Shown one piece after another: positions 49,568-59,527 of a stretch of DNA of 64,000 nt. Each line of letters opens with the position of its first letter. Positions within the stretch are counted from its first letter, which is position 1. The position numbers and the translations under genes were made by a program. Below the pieces are notes generated by a model that was given only the letters and a program-made list of their open reading frames with translations, made no database searches and was not told the DNA's origin. The stretch is from a virus. The stretch is taken from the IMG/VR virus record IMGVR_UViG_3300024261_000014, positions 1 to 64,000 of that record; one strand, written 5' to 3'.

Positions 49568-50299
49568 TTATGTCACTTGTTGGGTTGCAACCAAGAAATA
49601 TTGTGATTTATAATCATCAATATTAAAACTGATTGTAGCTAATCCATCTGAACTAACCTTTAATACAGCTTTCTCACATTCTTTATTTGCAGTTAAAATA
49701 TTTGCAAACATATTTGCGTTAAATGAAATAGGTTCAGTATCACTAAACTCTTCACACTCAACTGGTATTGTTACCCTATTAGTTGCAACATTACTGAATC
49801 CGATAACTACTTTTGCACTATTATCTTTTGCAATAATAGTAAATGTATCGGTATCAGGTAACGCACCTTTACCACTAATAAATGTATCAATGAAATACCT
49901 ATCAATCTTCAATTCTAATTCGAATGTTGATGGTAAGTTTTTAAGTTCTGGTGGTGTTGGTATAACTGACAAATCACTTAACATATACTTTGTATGTGTA
50001 CCATGTTGCGAGTCTTTCATATTAACACTCACAAACTTATCGCCCATTTTTTGTAAACTAAAATCTACATCTTCTTCTAAGATGGATAGTAGTGATACTA
50101 ATTGCGAAGTGTTGTAAACTCCAATATCTGATGCTTCTATATCATCGAAGTTGTCCAATACTACCGACCCCACTAATGATTTATCACCACTAATGAACCT
50201 TGTAGCCAATTGTTTTCCATTGGATGACCATTTTACTGATTTAATTTCACCACCAAGTGAATACTTGTCGATAAAACGAATTAGTTTTGTTTTATTCAT
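49568..50299 (-). CDS. DNA polymerase sliding clamp (gp45-like)
   Basis: Size, position next to PolB, GVYN..QL..LL, C-terminal YFLVA. Confidence 0.72.
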   Translation of the reverse strand: MNKTKLIRFIDKYSLGGEIKSVKWSSNGKQLATRFISGDKSLVGSVVLDNFDDIEASDIGVYNTSQLVSLLSILEEDVDFSLQKMGDKFVSVNMKDSQHGTHTKYMLSDLSVIPTPPELKNLPSTFELELKIDRYFIDTFISGKGALPDTDTFTIIAKDNSAKVVIGFSNVATNRVTIPVECEEFSDTEPISFNANMFANILTANKECEKAVLKVSSDGLATISFNIDDYKSQYFLVATQQVT

Positions 50300-50375
50300 A
50301 ACCTTATTGTCCTTTTGTTAATAGTTATTACTTATTGTTTCCTATGTATATACATATATACCAGAAATCTCAAAA

Positions 50376-52880
50376 TCAAAAAAATCTTTCAATACTTTGC
50401 TGTTTATCTACGACGGCTTCCCACCCCAAACTTTCGTAGAACATTCCTATCTTTTTACTCATTGCTTGTTCAAACATCTTAGTATGGTCAATGTTCGTTT
50501 TAATAAAATCTAATATTTGAGGCGGGTCCTCATATCCTTTATAACCAATTACATCAAATCCAAATTCATTATTCTTTAGGTAAACCCACCTAATCTTATT
50601 ACCATTAGTAATCTTCTCATACTTTCTACCTTCAAACCAATGATGTAATATAGAATTATAATTTATTGCTGCTTTAACATGGACTGGTGCACCCTTTTTA
50701 TATTTACTGAATGATGACTCTTCATCTTTAGAAATATATTTACCTATACCTTTTACTCCGATAGGATTTGCCAATACACTATAATGTAGCATATGTAGAT
50801 TCCTCTTAAACTTACTGATTCTTTCATCAATCTTTTCCTTTGGAACATCTGCCAATATATCATCTAATACATTTTGTAATAAATCTTTCATCGCAGGAGC
50901 AAAATTACTTCTGACTGTATCCAAACCTTTTACTTGTGTTTTGTTTACCTTTCTACCAGCATCATTGATGATTCGTAAACCATATCGTTTCTTCGTTACG
51001 AACAAACCTGTCTTTGCGATTACCTCTTGTTTGATATCAAACACGTGTTCATCTATATTCAAAAATTTCTTGGCGAAATAATCGTAACTTAAATTTAGAT
51101 AATCTTGTACCTCTCCACATATCTCCATAATTCTTTGTGTCATCATAGTTTCAGATAATTTCTGATTTGGAAACCTTTTCTCAACTAATGGTACTGCGGA
51201 TGCGAAAATAGAATCTGTATCAATATAGATAACATAATCCTTATCAGTACCTAACTCTTTATTATAAAAGTGGTTGGTAATTTTCTTACTGAACTTAATC
51301 AATGATTGACCTGTGGTTGTGGTTGCTTCTGCATTATCTAAATCATAAAATCTAAATACTGGTAATCCCAATACACCATATAATGAATTTAGAAGAATCT
51401 TCTGAAGATATTGTCTCCTATCAAAATATTGAGATTTCTTTTTATCACCTTGGTCGTGAAACTTCTTCACAAGTTTTCTCATCTCTACTCGTTCATTAAA
51501 CCACTTTGTGAGTAGAGCAGGAATCAATCCTTGTTTATCAGTACGATACATAACCCCATTACTTGATATACTTAATCCAGTCTCATCTAAATAACTCTCC
51601 AGTTCTGTATTGGTTATTTGTTGTATTTCCTTACCCTTTGTGTTAATCATAGAATAAGTTTTCGTATGTCCTGTCTTTAGATACTGGTCTACATCCCATT
51701 CCAAAACCTGCCCAACCTTAGTTTCAGGTGAGATATTCAATGAACGAATAACACTTGGATACATACTTGTGATATCTAAATCATAAACCCAATCGTGTTT
51801 ACCTTTTTGTGGGTCTTGTACATATGCACCAGAGAACTTTTCATCATCCCCTCTTCGTTTAGGATTTCTTGGTTTGTTTGGTGCAACAATACCCATCTTT
51901 TTTAAATAAACTAATATCGCACCCTCTAAATATCTTGAACTCATAAACACATCTTCATATGGGACATGTCCTAAATGTGCTATACCACAAGCAACTCCGA
52001 TATAATCCAACTTATCATTTAACTCCACAAGAATACGAACATCTCGAATGTTATAATCTATAAACTTCTGTAAATCATTTTCAAATAAATCATTGAGTGT
52101 TCCATCATACTCAATTTTCTTCATACCAACTTCAACTTCACCAATGTAATCTAAACGATAACTTGATTGTTGAATTGGCGAGAACTTTTTATATAATGCA
52201 AGATAATCTAACACACTAACACCTGCAATAACAAACTTCTTTTTGTATTCATTGTAATAACAATGTCTGATAGGTGATAGCATCTTTGCAACTTCTGAAC
52301 CTAAAACTCTGACTGTTCTATTATATAGATACGGAATATCAAAATAATCAATGTTCCACCCACTTAATATTGTAGGATTTATTTCTGCGTATTTCTGATA
52401 AAATCTTGTCAATAATTCGTTTTCAGTTTTAAATAACTCTACTGATGTATCACCATTTTCATAATTTTGTATAGTATTTTTAGAATCTAAAGTATAACAT
52501 ATATACTTTTTCATTATCTCATCATATATTGCAATAGATGTAATTGCAGTTTCTGCTTTTTCTACATCTGGAAAACCATCAACCACTTCCACCTCGATAT
52601 CAAAATAGAAAGTTCTATTTCCCTCTGCAACATCATCCGAATCCGTGTATTGGTCAACTAAAAATCTTGTAGTGATTGGTACATCACTCTCATATAAACC
52701 TGGGTCATCATCATCCCAAGTGTACACCTTTTTAACTTTACTACCATCAAGTGTATGATGTAAACCACTTGAATGTTTTACATATGCGTATTTTTTATAA
52801 GGTACAATAAGATGGCCTCTTCTGTCATCCCAAACATGCACTTTGTTTTTTCTCTTATCATAAAAAACATTTTGATACAT
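50376..52880 (-). CDS. Family B DNA polymerase (gp43-like)
   Basis: FDIEV ExoI, GWN..FD, DITSMYPS, KILLNSLYG, YIDTDS, KKRY. Confidence 0.97.
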   Translation of the reverse strand: MYQNVFYDKRKNKVHVWDDRRGHLIVPYKKYAYVKHSSGLHHTLDGSKVKKVYTWDDDDPGLYESDVPITTRFLVDQYTDSDDVAEGNRTFYFDIEVEVVDGFPDVEKAETAITSIAIYDEIMKKYICYTLDSKNTIQNYENGDTSVELFKTENELLTRFYQKYAEINPTILSGWNIDYFDIPYLYNRTVRVLGSEVAKMLSPIRHCYYNEYKKKFVIAGVSVLDYLALYKKFSPIQQSSYRLDYIGEVEVGMKKIEYDGTLNDLFENDLQKFIDYNIRDVRILVELNDKLDYIGVACGIAHLGHVPYEDVFMSSRYLEGAILVYLKKMGIVAPNKPRNPKRRGDDEKFSGAYVQDPQKGKHDWVYDLDITSMYPSVIRSLNISPETKVGQVLEWDVDQYLKTGHTKTYSMINTKGKEIQQITNTELESYLDETGLSISSNGVMYRTDKQGLIPALLTKWFNERVEMRKLVKKFHDQGDKKKSQYFDRRQYLQKILLNSLYGVLGLPVFRFYDLDNAEATTTTGQSLIKFSKKITNHFYNKELGTDKDYVIYIDTDSIFASAVPLVEKRFPNQKLSETMMTQRIMEICGEVQDYLNLSYDYFAKKFLNIDEHVFDIKQEVIAKTGLFVTKKRYGLRIINDAGRKVNKTQVKGLDTVRSNFAPAMKDLLQNVLDDILADVPKEKIDERISKFKRNLHMLHYSVLANPIGVKGIGKYISKDEESSFSKYKKGAPVHVKAAINYNSILHHWFEGRKYEKITNGNKIRWVYLKNNEFGFDVIGYKGYEDPPQILDFIKTNIDHTKMFEQAMSKKIGMFYESLGWEAVVDKQQSIERFF

Positions 52881-52912
52881 TTATGTTGTAATCTCCGAAT
52901 TTATCATATCTG

Positions 52913-52942
52913 AATATAACACTAAAACCATATACTTGTCAA
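52913..52942 (-). promoter_or_regulatory. Early promoter copy 7 (polB)
   Basis: TTGACA-N18-TATATT. Confidence 0.75.
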
Positions 52943-52958
52943 GTACTTTTTTGATAAA

Positions 52959-52983
52959 TGGGGGATATTTTTTCAATCCCCCA
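52959..52983 (-). terminator. Hairpin after the TonB-dependent receptor gene
   Basis: TGGGGGAT...ATCCCCCA stem. Confidence 0.55.
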
Positions 52984-52993
52984 AATCACCATT

Positions 52994-55732
52994 TTAAAAA
53001 TCAATAGTTAATCCTATGTTTGCATATCTTGGTGTTCCAAGAAATACTTCAGAATTATGAGCTAAGTGAAGTTTATCACCATACCCATTGTATTGACTAT
53101 TATCAACTGCATCTTGTACATAAACTTCATCAAGTGCGTTAAAGATGTGACCTGTAATAGTCAAATCTAAACCAGCAATACTTGGAAGTTTGTAAGATGC
53201 GTGTAAATCAAGTTTTGAGTAACCAGGAGCTTCCCAAACTTGTGTTCTATCTGCAACTCCATCAGAATCCACTTCTCTTGAACCAGGACTCCAATCTGCA
53301 TAGTTCTTATCATATACATTGTAAAGTGCTTGTACTCTCAATCCCTTAATAGGTTTAAGTGTTACACCCAATATATAAGATGATTGTGGTTGGTCACCAA
53401 CAAATAACCCATCAAGTGCATATGCATATTCAGTAGTTTGATAACCAATTACTTGGTTGTCATCGTTATATTGAGATTCTTGGTAAGTACCATTGGCATC
53501 ACCATCGAACTTCCAACCACCGAAAGAAGCAATCAAATCAAGTTCTACCATTTCGTGTGGTAATACTTTTACTTCAACTTCTGTACCTCTATGTTTCTGA
53601 TTAACACCTCTTAAAAAGATTACATCAGTATCACCTGAATCTCCTTGACCCGTGTCAACATTACGAGTAAGGTTTCTATCTTTCCAATCTGTGTTATAAG
53701 CAGATACTTTCACGGCAACTTTATCGTTTGCATATCCAACACCAACTTCTGTTGATAAGAATTTCTCATTGTCTGGGTCGGATGCGACCGTACCAGAATA
53801 ATCAATTACATTATCAAGAATTGGTGCTTTTTCCACATATCCTGAATTTATAAAAGTAGTAACACCATCTAACCATTCATAGTGTACTCCACCTTTAACT
53901 TGATATGATGAAATAGCATCAGCAGTAATTTTCTCGTTTTCTACTGAAAAATGGTCTTGATATGAATATTTAATAGATGATATTCCACCCATTCCATATA
54001 CATTTAGATTATCTTTCGTGTAGTTACCTTGAACAAATCCACCTAACCAATCGACAGTAGTAGTGTTATGATAAGCAATAATATCACCTAACCCAACAAC
54101 TTTTCCATCTGGTGCATTGTCATCAGCAAAATCAACATAGTAATCACCACCTAATAAATCACGAACTTCACGAGCGTGTTCTATTTCAGCAGTTCTCCAA
54201 TCGATACCAGTTTGAAATTCTAAATCTTCATTAACTTTATAATTTAATTTAGAAATTAATCCATATGTATCTTGTCTGTTGATTGAGTTTCTAAGAATAC
54301 CTGTAGAACGATGGTCTGTTTCAGAATAATCAGCATCGATATTAGTACGATTCTGTTCAATCTCTCCATTCCAATCCCACATCCAAGGCGAACTTGAATA
54401 CCAAGCATTATCTGCTACGGCTGGTGTTCTCATTACACTACCATAAGTTCCTGTTCCACCACCTGAACCACCACTCCAATAAAGAACTGATGATAATTTA
54501 GTTTTATCATTTATCTCTAAAAAGTGATTTAGATTCACTAATGGTTTATGGAAGAAATTCTCCCTTTCATTAAGAAAGTTTGAATTTTTTCTTTTGGTTG
54601 TGTTTGCTCCATACATATACCAATATTGTTCTCCAGTATAGTCGGAACTAACTGGTGCCCAATTTTGACTAAAGAATCTACCAGCTTCAGTTTCGAATTT
54701 GTTACCCTCTGCAAAAGCATCAGTATCATATCCGTCAATATCACTTGCTAACTCTTGTGAGTAAGTAGCAATATTCTGTTTGTATAGATTTTGTCCGTGT
54801 CTTTGTGGTGCACCGATTGCGTACAACTCGAATCGTTGTTTATCGGATACTGCATAAGAACTTCCAAAATAATAAGCCCAAGCATCTGTCCAGTTTCCAT
54901 CAATGATACCATCACCAGTCTTACGAACAATTGTTCCAGCCAGTGCAAGTTTATCACCAATCAAACCTGAATTGTAGTTAATAGTAGTTTTAATAAAACC
55001 ACCATCTCCTGCTTCTTGTTTGAACTTACCACCCTTTTCGTATTTAGCAGGGTCTGTAATGATATTCATAGTTCCACCAATAGAAGGTGTGGCAAGATTT
55101 ACAGCTGATAGTCCTCTTTGTAACTGAATTGATTGAGCAGCATCTGCAACCCCATCCCAATTACTCCAATAAACCCATCCGTTCTCCATATCATTTTGGG
55201 GAACACCATTAATCATCACCGCAACATTTCTTTGGTTAAACCCTCGTACATTAATACGAGCATCACCAGCACCACCACCTTGTTGAGTTGCATATACACT
55301 TGGTGTAGTATTCAAAGCCATTGGAACATCTTGACTACCAAGTCTAAGTTCCATTTCTTCTTTACTAACCATTGAATAAGCAACAGGTGTTGTTGCAACA
55401 GCTCTTGAAGCCAAAACTTCAACATCTGTTAGAGTAAGAGCATCAATTGCCAAAGCAATATTCACTTTTACTTCACTATCACCCACAACAACCTCTTTAG
55501 ATTGAGATGAGTATCCTATGAATGAAGCAGTAATAGTATAAGTTCCAGCTTCTACTGAAATTGTAGTAAGACCTGTCTCGTTAGTAACACCACCGAGTTC
55601 AGTTCCCTCTACCACTACATTTGCTCCAACCAAAGGGTTATATTCAACATCTTTAACATCAACAACAATGGATTGAGCGAACAATCCTGTCATCAATACG
55701 AAAGATGCTATTAGTTTACGATATATATTCAT
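52994..55732 (-). CDS. TonB-dependent outer-membrane receptor with N-terminal carboxypeptidase-regulatory-like domain
   Basis: Signal peptide; PLVGANVVV..GT..G..T; plug INVRGF...VMINGVP...GGTMNIIT; C-terminal Phe; GAGGAG RBS. Confidence 0.92.
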   Translation of the reverse strand: MNIYRKLIASFVLMTGLFAQSIVVDVKDVEYNPLVGANVVVEGTELGGVTNETGLTTISVEAGTYTITASFIGYSSQSKEVVVGDSEVKVNIALAIDALTLTDVEVLASRAVATTPVAYSMVSKEEMELRLGSQDVPMALNTTPSVYATQQGGGAGDARINVRGFNQRNVAVMINGVPQNDMENGWVYWSNWDGVADAAQSIQLQRGLSAVNLATPSIGGTMNIITDPAKYEKGGKFKQEAGDGGFIKTTINYNSGLIGDKLALAGTIVRKTGDGIIDGNWTDAWAYYFGSSYAVSDKQRFELYAIGAPQRHGQNLYKQNIATYSQELASDIDGYDTDAFAEGNKFETEAGRFFSQNWAPVSSDYTGEQYWYMYGANTTKRKNSNFLNERENFFHKPLVNLNHFLEINDKTKLSSVLYWSGGSGGGTGTYGSVMRTPAVADNAWYSSSPWMWDWNGEIEQNRTNIDADYSETDHRSTGILRNSINRQDTYGLISKLNYKVNEDLEFQTGIDWRTAEIEHAREVRDLLGGDYYVDFADDNAPDGKVVGLGDIIAYHNTTTVDWLGGFVQGNYTKDNLNVYGMGGISSIKYSYQDHFSVENEKITADAISSYQVKGGVHYEWLDGVTTFINSGYVEKAPILDNVIDYSGTVASDPDNEKFLSTEVGVGYANDKVAVKVSAYNTDWKDRNLTRNVDTGQGDSGDTDVIFLRGVNQKHRGTEVEVKVLPHEMVELDLIASFGGWKFDGDANGTYQESQYNDDNQVIGYQTTEYAYALDGLFVGDQPQSSYILGVTLKPIKGLRVQALYNVYDKNYADWSPGSREVDSDGVADRTQVWEAPGYSKLDLHASYKLPSIAGLDLTITGHIFNALDEVYVQDAVDNSQYNGYGDKLHLAHNSEVFLGTPRYANIGLTIDF

Positions 55733-55816
55733 AAATCGTCTCCTCTGTTTGTTTTGTTAAGACACATTTTTTACCAGGTGTGTCAACTGCCTGTGTATGT
55801 GAAATCATACACATAT

Positions 55817-57853
55817 TTAGTTTGCGTAATCTTGGTCATCATTATCACCAGTCGTAGGTGTGATTTCTATATCACAAAAATCACCATCACAAAACTTCTC
55901 TACATTAGCTTCTTCTGCTTTGATTACACCAAAGTTTAGTTTACCTAATTTCTTAACATCTTTATTATATTGGTTTTCATCAATTGCTTCATATGGCATT
56001 TGTTTGTATGCTCCATAATCATGTCTTGGTAGTAATGAAATACCCTTCAAATGATATTGGTAATAGTTTAATACTTGTGGTATCATTTCTCCCTCTGTTT
56101 CAGGATTAAATGTGACCGTACAACTTACTTGATTATCAGCCCAATGTCTTTGCATAAATGCTGCTAATGAGAATTGTTCCCATATGGATAACTCTCCGAC
56201 TGTTCTAATTCCCTCTCCTACATCGACAGGAACTTCAACAACCATAGTGGTATCCTCTGAACCAAACGCAGGTTCTACTTTATATCCTGCCTTTTTCAAA
56301 GGTTCTAACAAATCTGAATGTTTCGATACTCTAATTCTTCTTGTATAGAATCTTGATTCTGGATAATGTAATCCAGGTGTTGAACCTGCTAATAGTGATA
56401 CTGTCCCACTTGGTTTAACACTTGTAGTCTTAATTGATTTTGGTACTGCAAACCAATCTGAATACATTTTATCCCACTCTTGTATGGTATCATATCCATC
56501 TTCCAACCAAGTCTTTAACTCGTGTAATCCACGATTAGTTATGAACTGAGCAATTCCACTCACACTACATCCAATTCTTCTGTTTCTCAACATAACTCTA
56601 TTTGTATCACTCCAATGAGTTCTACCAAGTGTTACAGTTTTTGCATACAAATATGCATATTTTAAAGTTCTTTTATAATCCTCTAATGAGTCGTGATTGT
56701 TTGGGAATGTTTCCACTAAACAACATAATTCATAACTTTCTAATGATTGTTCTAAACAAGGATTACCACCCGCAACTCTATGGTCTTTATCATCTCCACC
56801 ATTCTTCATACGAGAGTATTTTCTCATGTTGTCTAACCACGCAAATCCAGGCTCACCATTATCATTAATTCTTTTTGATGCCTCTGTATAATCCATACCG
56901 AGTTCTGCAAATATTGAATTATTAGACGTCCAACCATATTGTTCTCTGTGTGGATTTACTTTATAATTCTTTAAATCTAAGTATTCTTCTGAATTAGGGT
57001 CTCCAAATACAATCTCAGCAGTTCTTCTAACATTTCCTGCCACTACACACTTACCGATTAAATTCATAATATCTACGATTGTTGTGATTGTTATTGGTTT
57101 TCCACTATTAGCTTCTAATGTTTCTCTAACAGTCTCGTGTACTTCCATTAGTGGTTCAGGACCTGAACTTACTCCACCAAAACCTTTGATTGGTTCACCT
57201 GCTAATCTGACTAAACTATAATCAAATACAACTTCTCCCTGTCCGTGAAAATAACTTTCTAATAAAAGTTGTAATGATTCTACCCAACCCTCACGAGTAT
57301 CTGGTATTTGAAAGTTTTGTTCATCTCGTTTGATATCAATACCTTTAATATCTATCTCTCCAGCACCTTTAGTATCAAATCCTACTCCAACACCTAACAT
57401 TGAAGCATCCATAAGGAAACAAAATGGTTTTGCGTAATCTTCTTTGATTGTTTTAGTGGATACGAATGCACAATTGTTTAGTGCTGCATACAAACCCTTT
57501 TCTTCTGTGATTGCTGTTCCCATCGCCCATAAACCACGACCTGGTGGTAAGAACTTCATTGTAAAGATTCTTTCGTACATATCTTGTGCTGATTTTTGTG
57601 CTTGCCATGGATTCCAACCTAATTGGTGAGATTCAATCCAATTCATTTGCATTGTATAAGTTCCCTCTACAACTCTTTTGACGGTTTCCCACCATCTCTC
57701 GTTTTTCCCATCTTCTTTAATACGTGAATACGTTCTCATATAAACTAATTCACCCAACCCATTGAAACCAAAAGGCGGTTTCTTTCTTTTATACTTATTA
57801 ATAAAATTTTCTGATAATTTAAACTTATGCGTACCCATTTTAAAACTCTCCAT
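55817..57853 (-). CDS. nrdJ: Class II (AdoCbl-dependent) ribonucleotide reductase, monomeric RTPR type
   Basis: RTYSR, PPGRGLW, NNCAF, GNVRRTA, GEPG, NPCLEQ, TSVKPSGTVS. Confidence 0.93.
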   Translation of the reverse strand: MESFKMGTHKFKLSENFINKYKRKKPPFGFNGLGELVYMRTYSRIKEDGKNERWWETVKRVVEGTYTMQMNWIESHQLGWNPWQAQKSAQDMYERIFTMKFLPPGRGLWAMGTAITEEKGLYAALNNCAFVSTKTIKEDYAKPFCFLMDASMLGVGVGFDTKGAGEIDIKGIDIKRDEQNFQIPDTREGWVESLQLLLESYFHGQGEVVFDYSLVRLAGEPIKGFGGVSSGPEPLMEVHETVRETLEANSGKPITITTIVDIMNLIGKCVVAGNVRRTAEIVFGDPNSEEYLDLKNYKVNPHREQYGWTSNNSIFAELGMDYTEASKRINDNGEPGFAWLDNMRKYSRMKNGGDDKDHRVAGGNPCLEQSLESYELCCLVETFPNNHDSLEDYKRTLKYAYLYAKTVTLGRTHWSDTNRVMLRNRRIGCSVSGIAQFITNRGLHELKTWLEDGYDTIQEWDKMYSDWFAVPKSIKTTSVKPSGTVSLLAGSTPGLHYPESRFYTRRIRVSKHSDLLEPLKKAGYKVEPAFGSEDTTMVVEVPVDVGEGIRTVGELSIWEQFSLAAFMQRHWADNQVSCTVTFNPETEGEMIPQVLNYYQYHLKGISLLPRHDYGAYKQMPYEAIDENQYNKDVKKLGKLNFGVIKAEEANVEKFCDGDFCDIEITPTTGDNDDQDYAN

Positions 57854-57965
57854 TTTTTGTCTTTTCTTTTATTTTCTTATACCCATAATACATATAGTAT
57901 ATACTACTTAAATACACCATTATTTTTGAATTATTTAATTTTTTCTTTGAATTTTTTTGGAAGTT

Positions 57966-59327
57966 TTATTCAAACCCTTCACCATCAAAATCTTTTTTCT
58001 TTTGTGCCAAGGTTTTACGTAGATACTCATCTGCATTATTCATTTTACCTTGGGCCTCTTTTCCACCTTGTGAGCTGGTTTCGTAGATTTGTATGAAACC
58101 TGTATTGGTATTGATGGTTGCTGGAAATGTAATTCCATCAGGCCCAAATCTATTTTTAATAACGTGGAATCTACCTGTATTTGCTATCTTATCTTCTACT
58201 TTTCTACTCATACTCATTACAAAATCTGATGTCATCACCTTGCTATAGTCCTCACTAACTTTTGATGCATCAATAACATCTTCTTCTAACGCAGAACGAT
58301 TTGCTTGCGATGCAGTCCATACTGGAATATCAAACTCTCCTGCCATACCTCTTAGTTCTTCATAAACGTGTCCAATTTGATGTCTTTTTTCTGTGAAGTT
58401 AGATGTTGATTTCATAATATCTGCATAATCCACAATAACCATATCTGGTTTTATACCTTGCAATTCACATTGTTGTAAATGTGCTACGATTGAATTTACA
58501 CTTGCAGTTCTCGTTGGCCAATACTTGATAATTAAGTTACCTTTTAATTTATCAATTGCTTTCTGCACTTCTTCTTTATAATATTGTAAGTTACCCGTTG
58601 GTTGTCCACTAACAATTGTATCATATCGTAACCCAACATACTGAGCATTTAACTCTAATGTATAGTGAATTACGGTCTTACCTTGTTTAACTGCATGAGC
58701 ACCAATTGCCTGTAGTGTCCAAGATTTACCGATACCAGCAGGGGCAACAATCACTCCAAGCTCTCCACCTGCTAAACCACCATCCATCAAATCATTAACA
58801 CTATCCCATGCGGTTGGCATAACTATTCTCGCTTGTTGACTCATTCTCTCTTCAAAACCAGTAATGTATTCGTGTCCGATATCCCTTTCCATACCAGCAG
58901 TCATTGCTTTGTCAATTATACCTTTGATTTCATCATATCGATGAGATTCTAATAATTCAACTGATTGCATAATCGCACCCTTAACAACTTGATTCTTACA
59001 AAACTCTAATGTTTGTTCTTGAACAAATGGTAAATCTGTTGCTTCTCTATAATTCCAAGCATTTCGTAATGAATCAACAATTGTGGTTTTTAATGTAGGA
59101 TTATCTACCTCTTCCAGTATAACCTTAACTGCTTCCATTGTTGGTGGTGTTTTGTATTTAACAAAATATTCTTTGATAGATTTTATCAGATATTTATTAG
59201 AATCCGTATCAAAATAACTTACTTCTAATATTTCTATAATTTGTTTTGTAAATTTACTATCAAGTAATAAACTTGTAATTATTTTTGACTGGAACGATGT
59301 TCCATATTGTATTAAATTTTCGCTCAT
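57966..59327 (-). CDS. Replicative helicase (DnaB/gp41-like)
   Basis: APAGIGKS, TLEL, IVDYAD, TASQANR, KNRFG. Confidence 0.93.
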   Translation of the reverse strand: MSENLIQYGTSFQSKIITSLLLDSKFTKQIIEILEVSYFDTDSNKYLIKSIKEYFVKYKTPPTMEAVKVILEEVDNPTLKTTIVDSLRNAWNYREATDLPFVQEQTLEFCKNQVVKGAIMQSVELLESHRYDEIKGIIDKAMTAGMERDIGHEYITGFEERMSQQARIVMPTAWDSVNDLMDGGLAGGELGVIVAPAGIGKSWTLQAIGAHAVKQGKTVIHYTLELNAQYVGLRYDTIVSGQPTGNLQYYKEEVQKAIDKLKGNLIIKYWPTRTASVNSIVAHLQQCELQGIKPDMVIVDYADIMKSTSNFTEKRHQIGHVYEELRGMAGEFDIPVWTASQANRSALEEDVIDASKVSEDYSKVMTSDFVMSMSRKVEDKIANTGRFHVIKNRFGPDGITFPATINTNTGFIQIYETSSQGGKEAQGKMNNADEYLRKTLAQKKKDFDGEGFE

Positions 59328-59338
59328 TATAACCTATA

Positions 59339-59527
59339 TTAAGTATCCAGATTCGTGTACAAATCTTGGACTTTTTTATCATAAAATTCTTTTCTTTTCT
59401 TATCACGATACCTTTGTCGTGCTTTTGCTTTTAAATCTTCAGCATTACGCATATAATGTTCCATCTGCCACTTTCGTTGAGCATCCTGACGTTCTTTATC
59501 GGTATGGTATTTACGTTTTCGTCCCAT
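59339..59527 (-). CDS. Small basic protein, possibly DNA-binding
   Basis: MGRKRKY... highly basic. Confidence 0.55.
   Translation of the reverse strand: MGRKRKYHTDKERQDAQRKWQMEHYMRNAEDLKAKARQRYRDKKRKEFYDKKVQDLYTNLDT

Noticed and set aside
55733-55816. Cobalamin riboswitch upstream of the TonB-dependent receptor
   Set aside because: Only 84 nt with two simple hairpins and no recognisable B12 box
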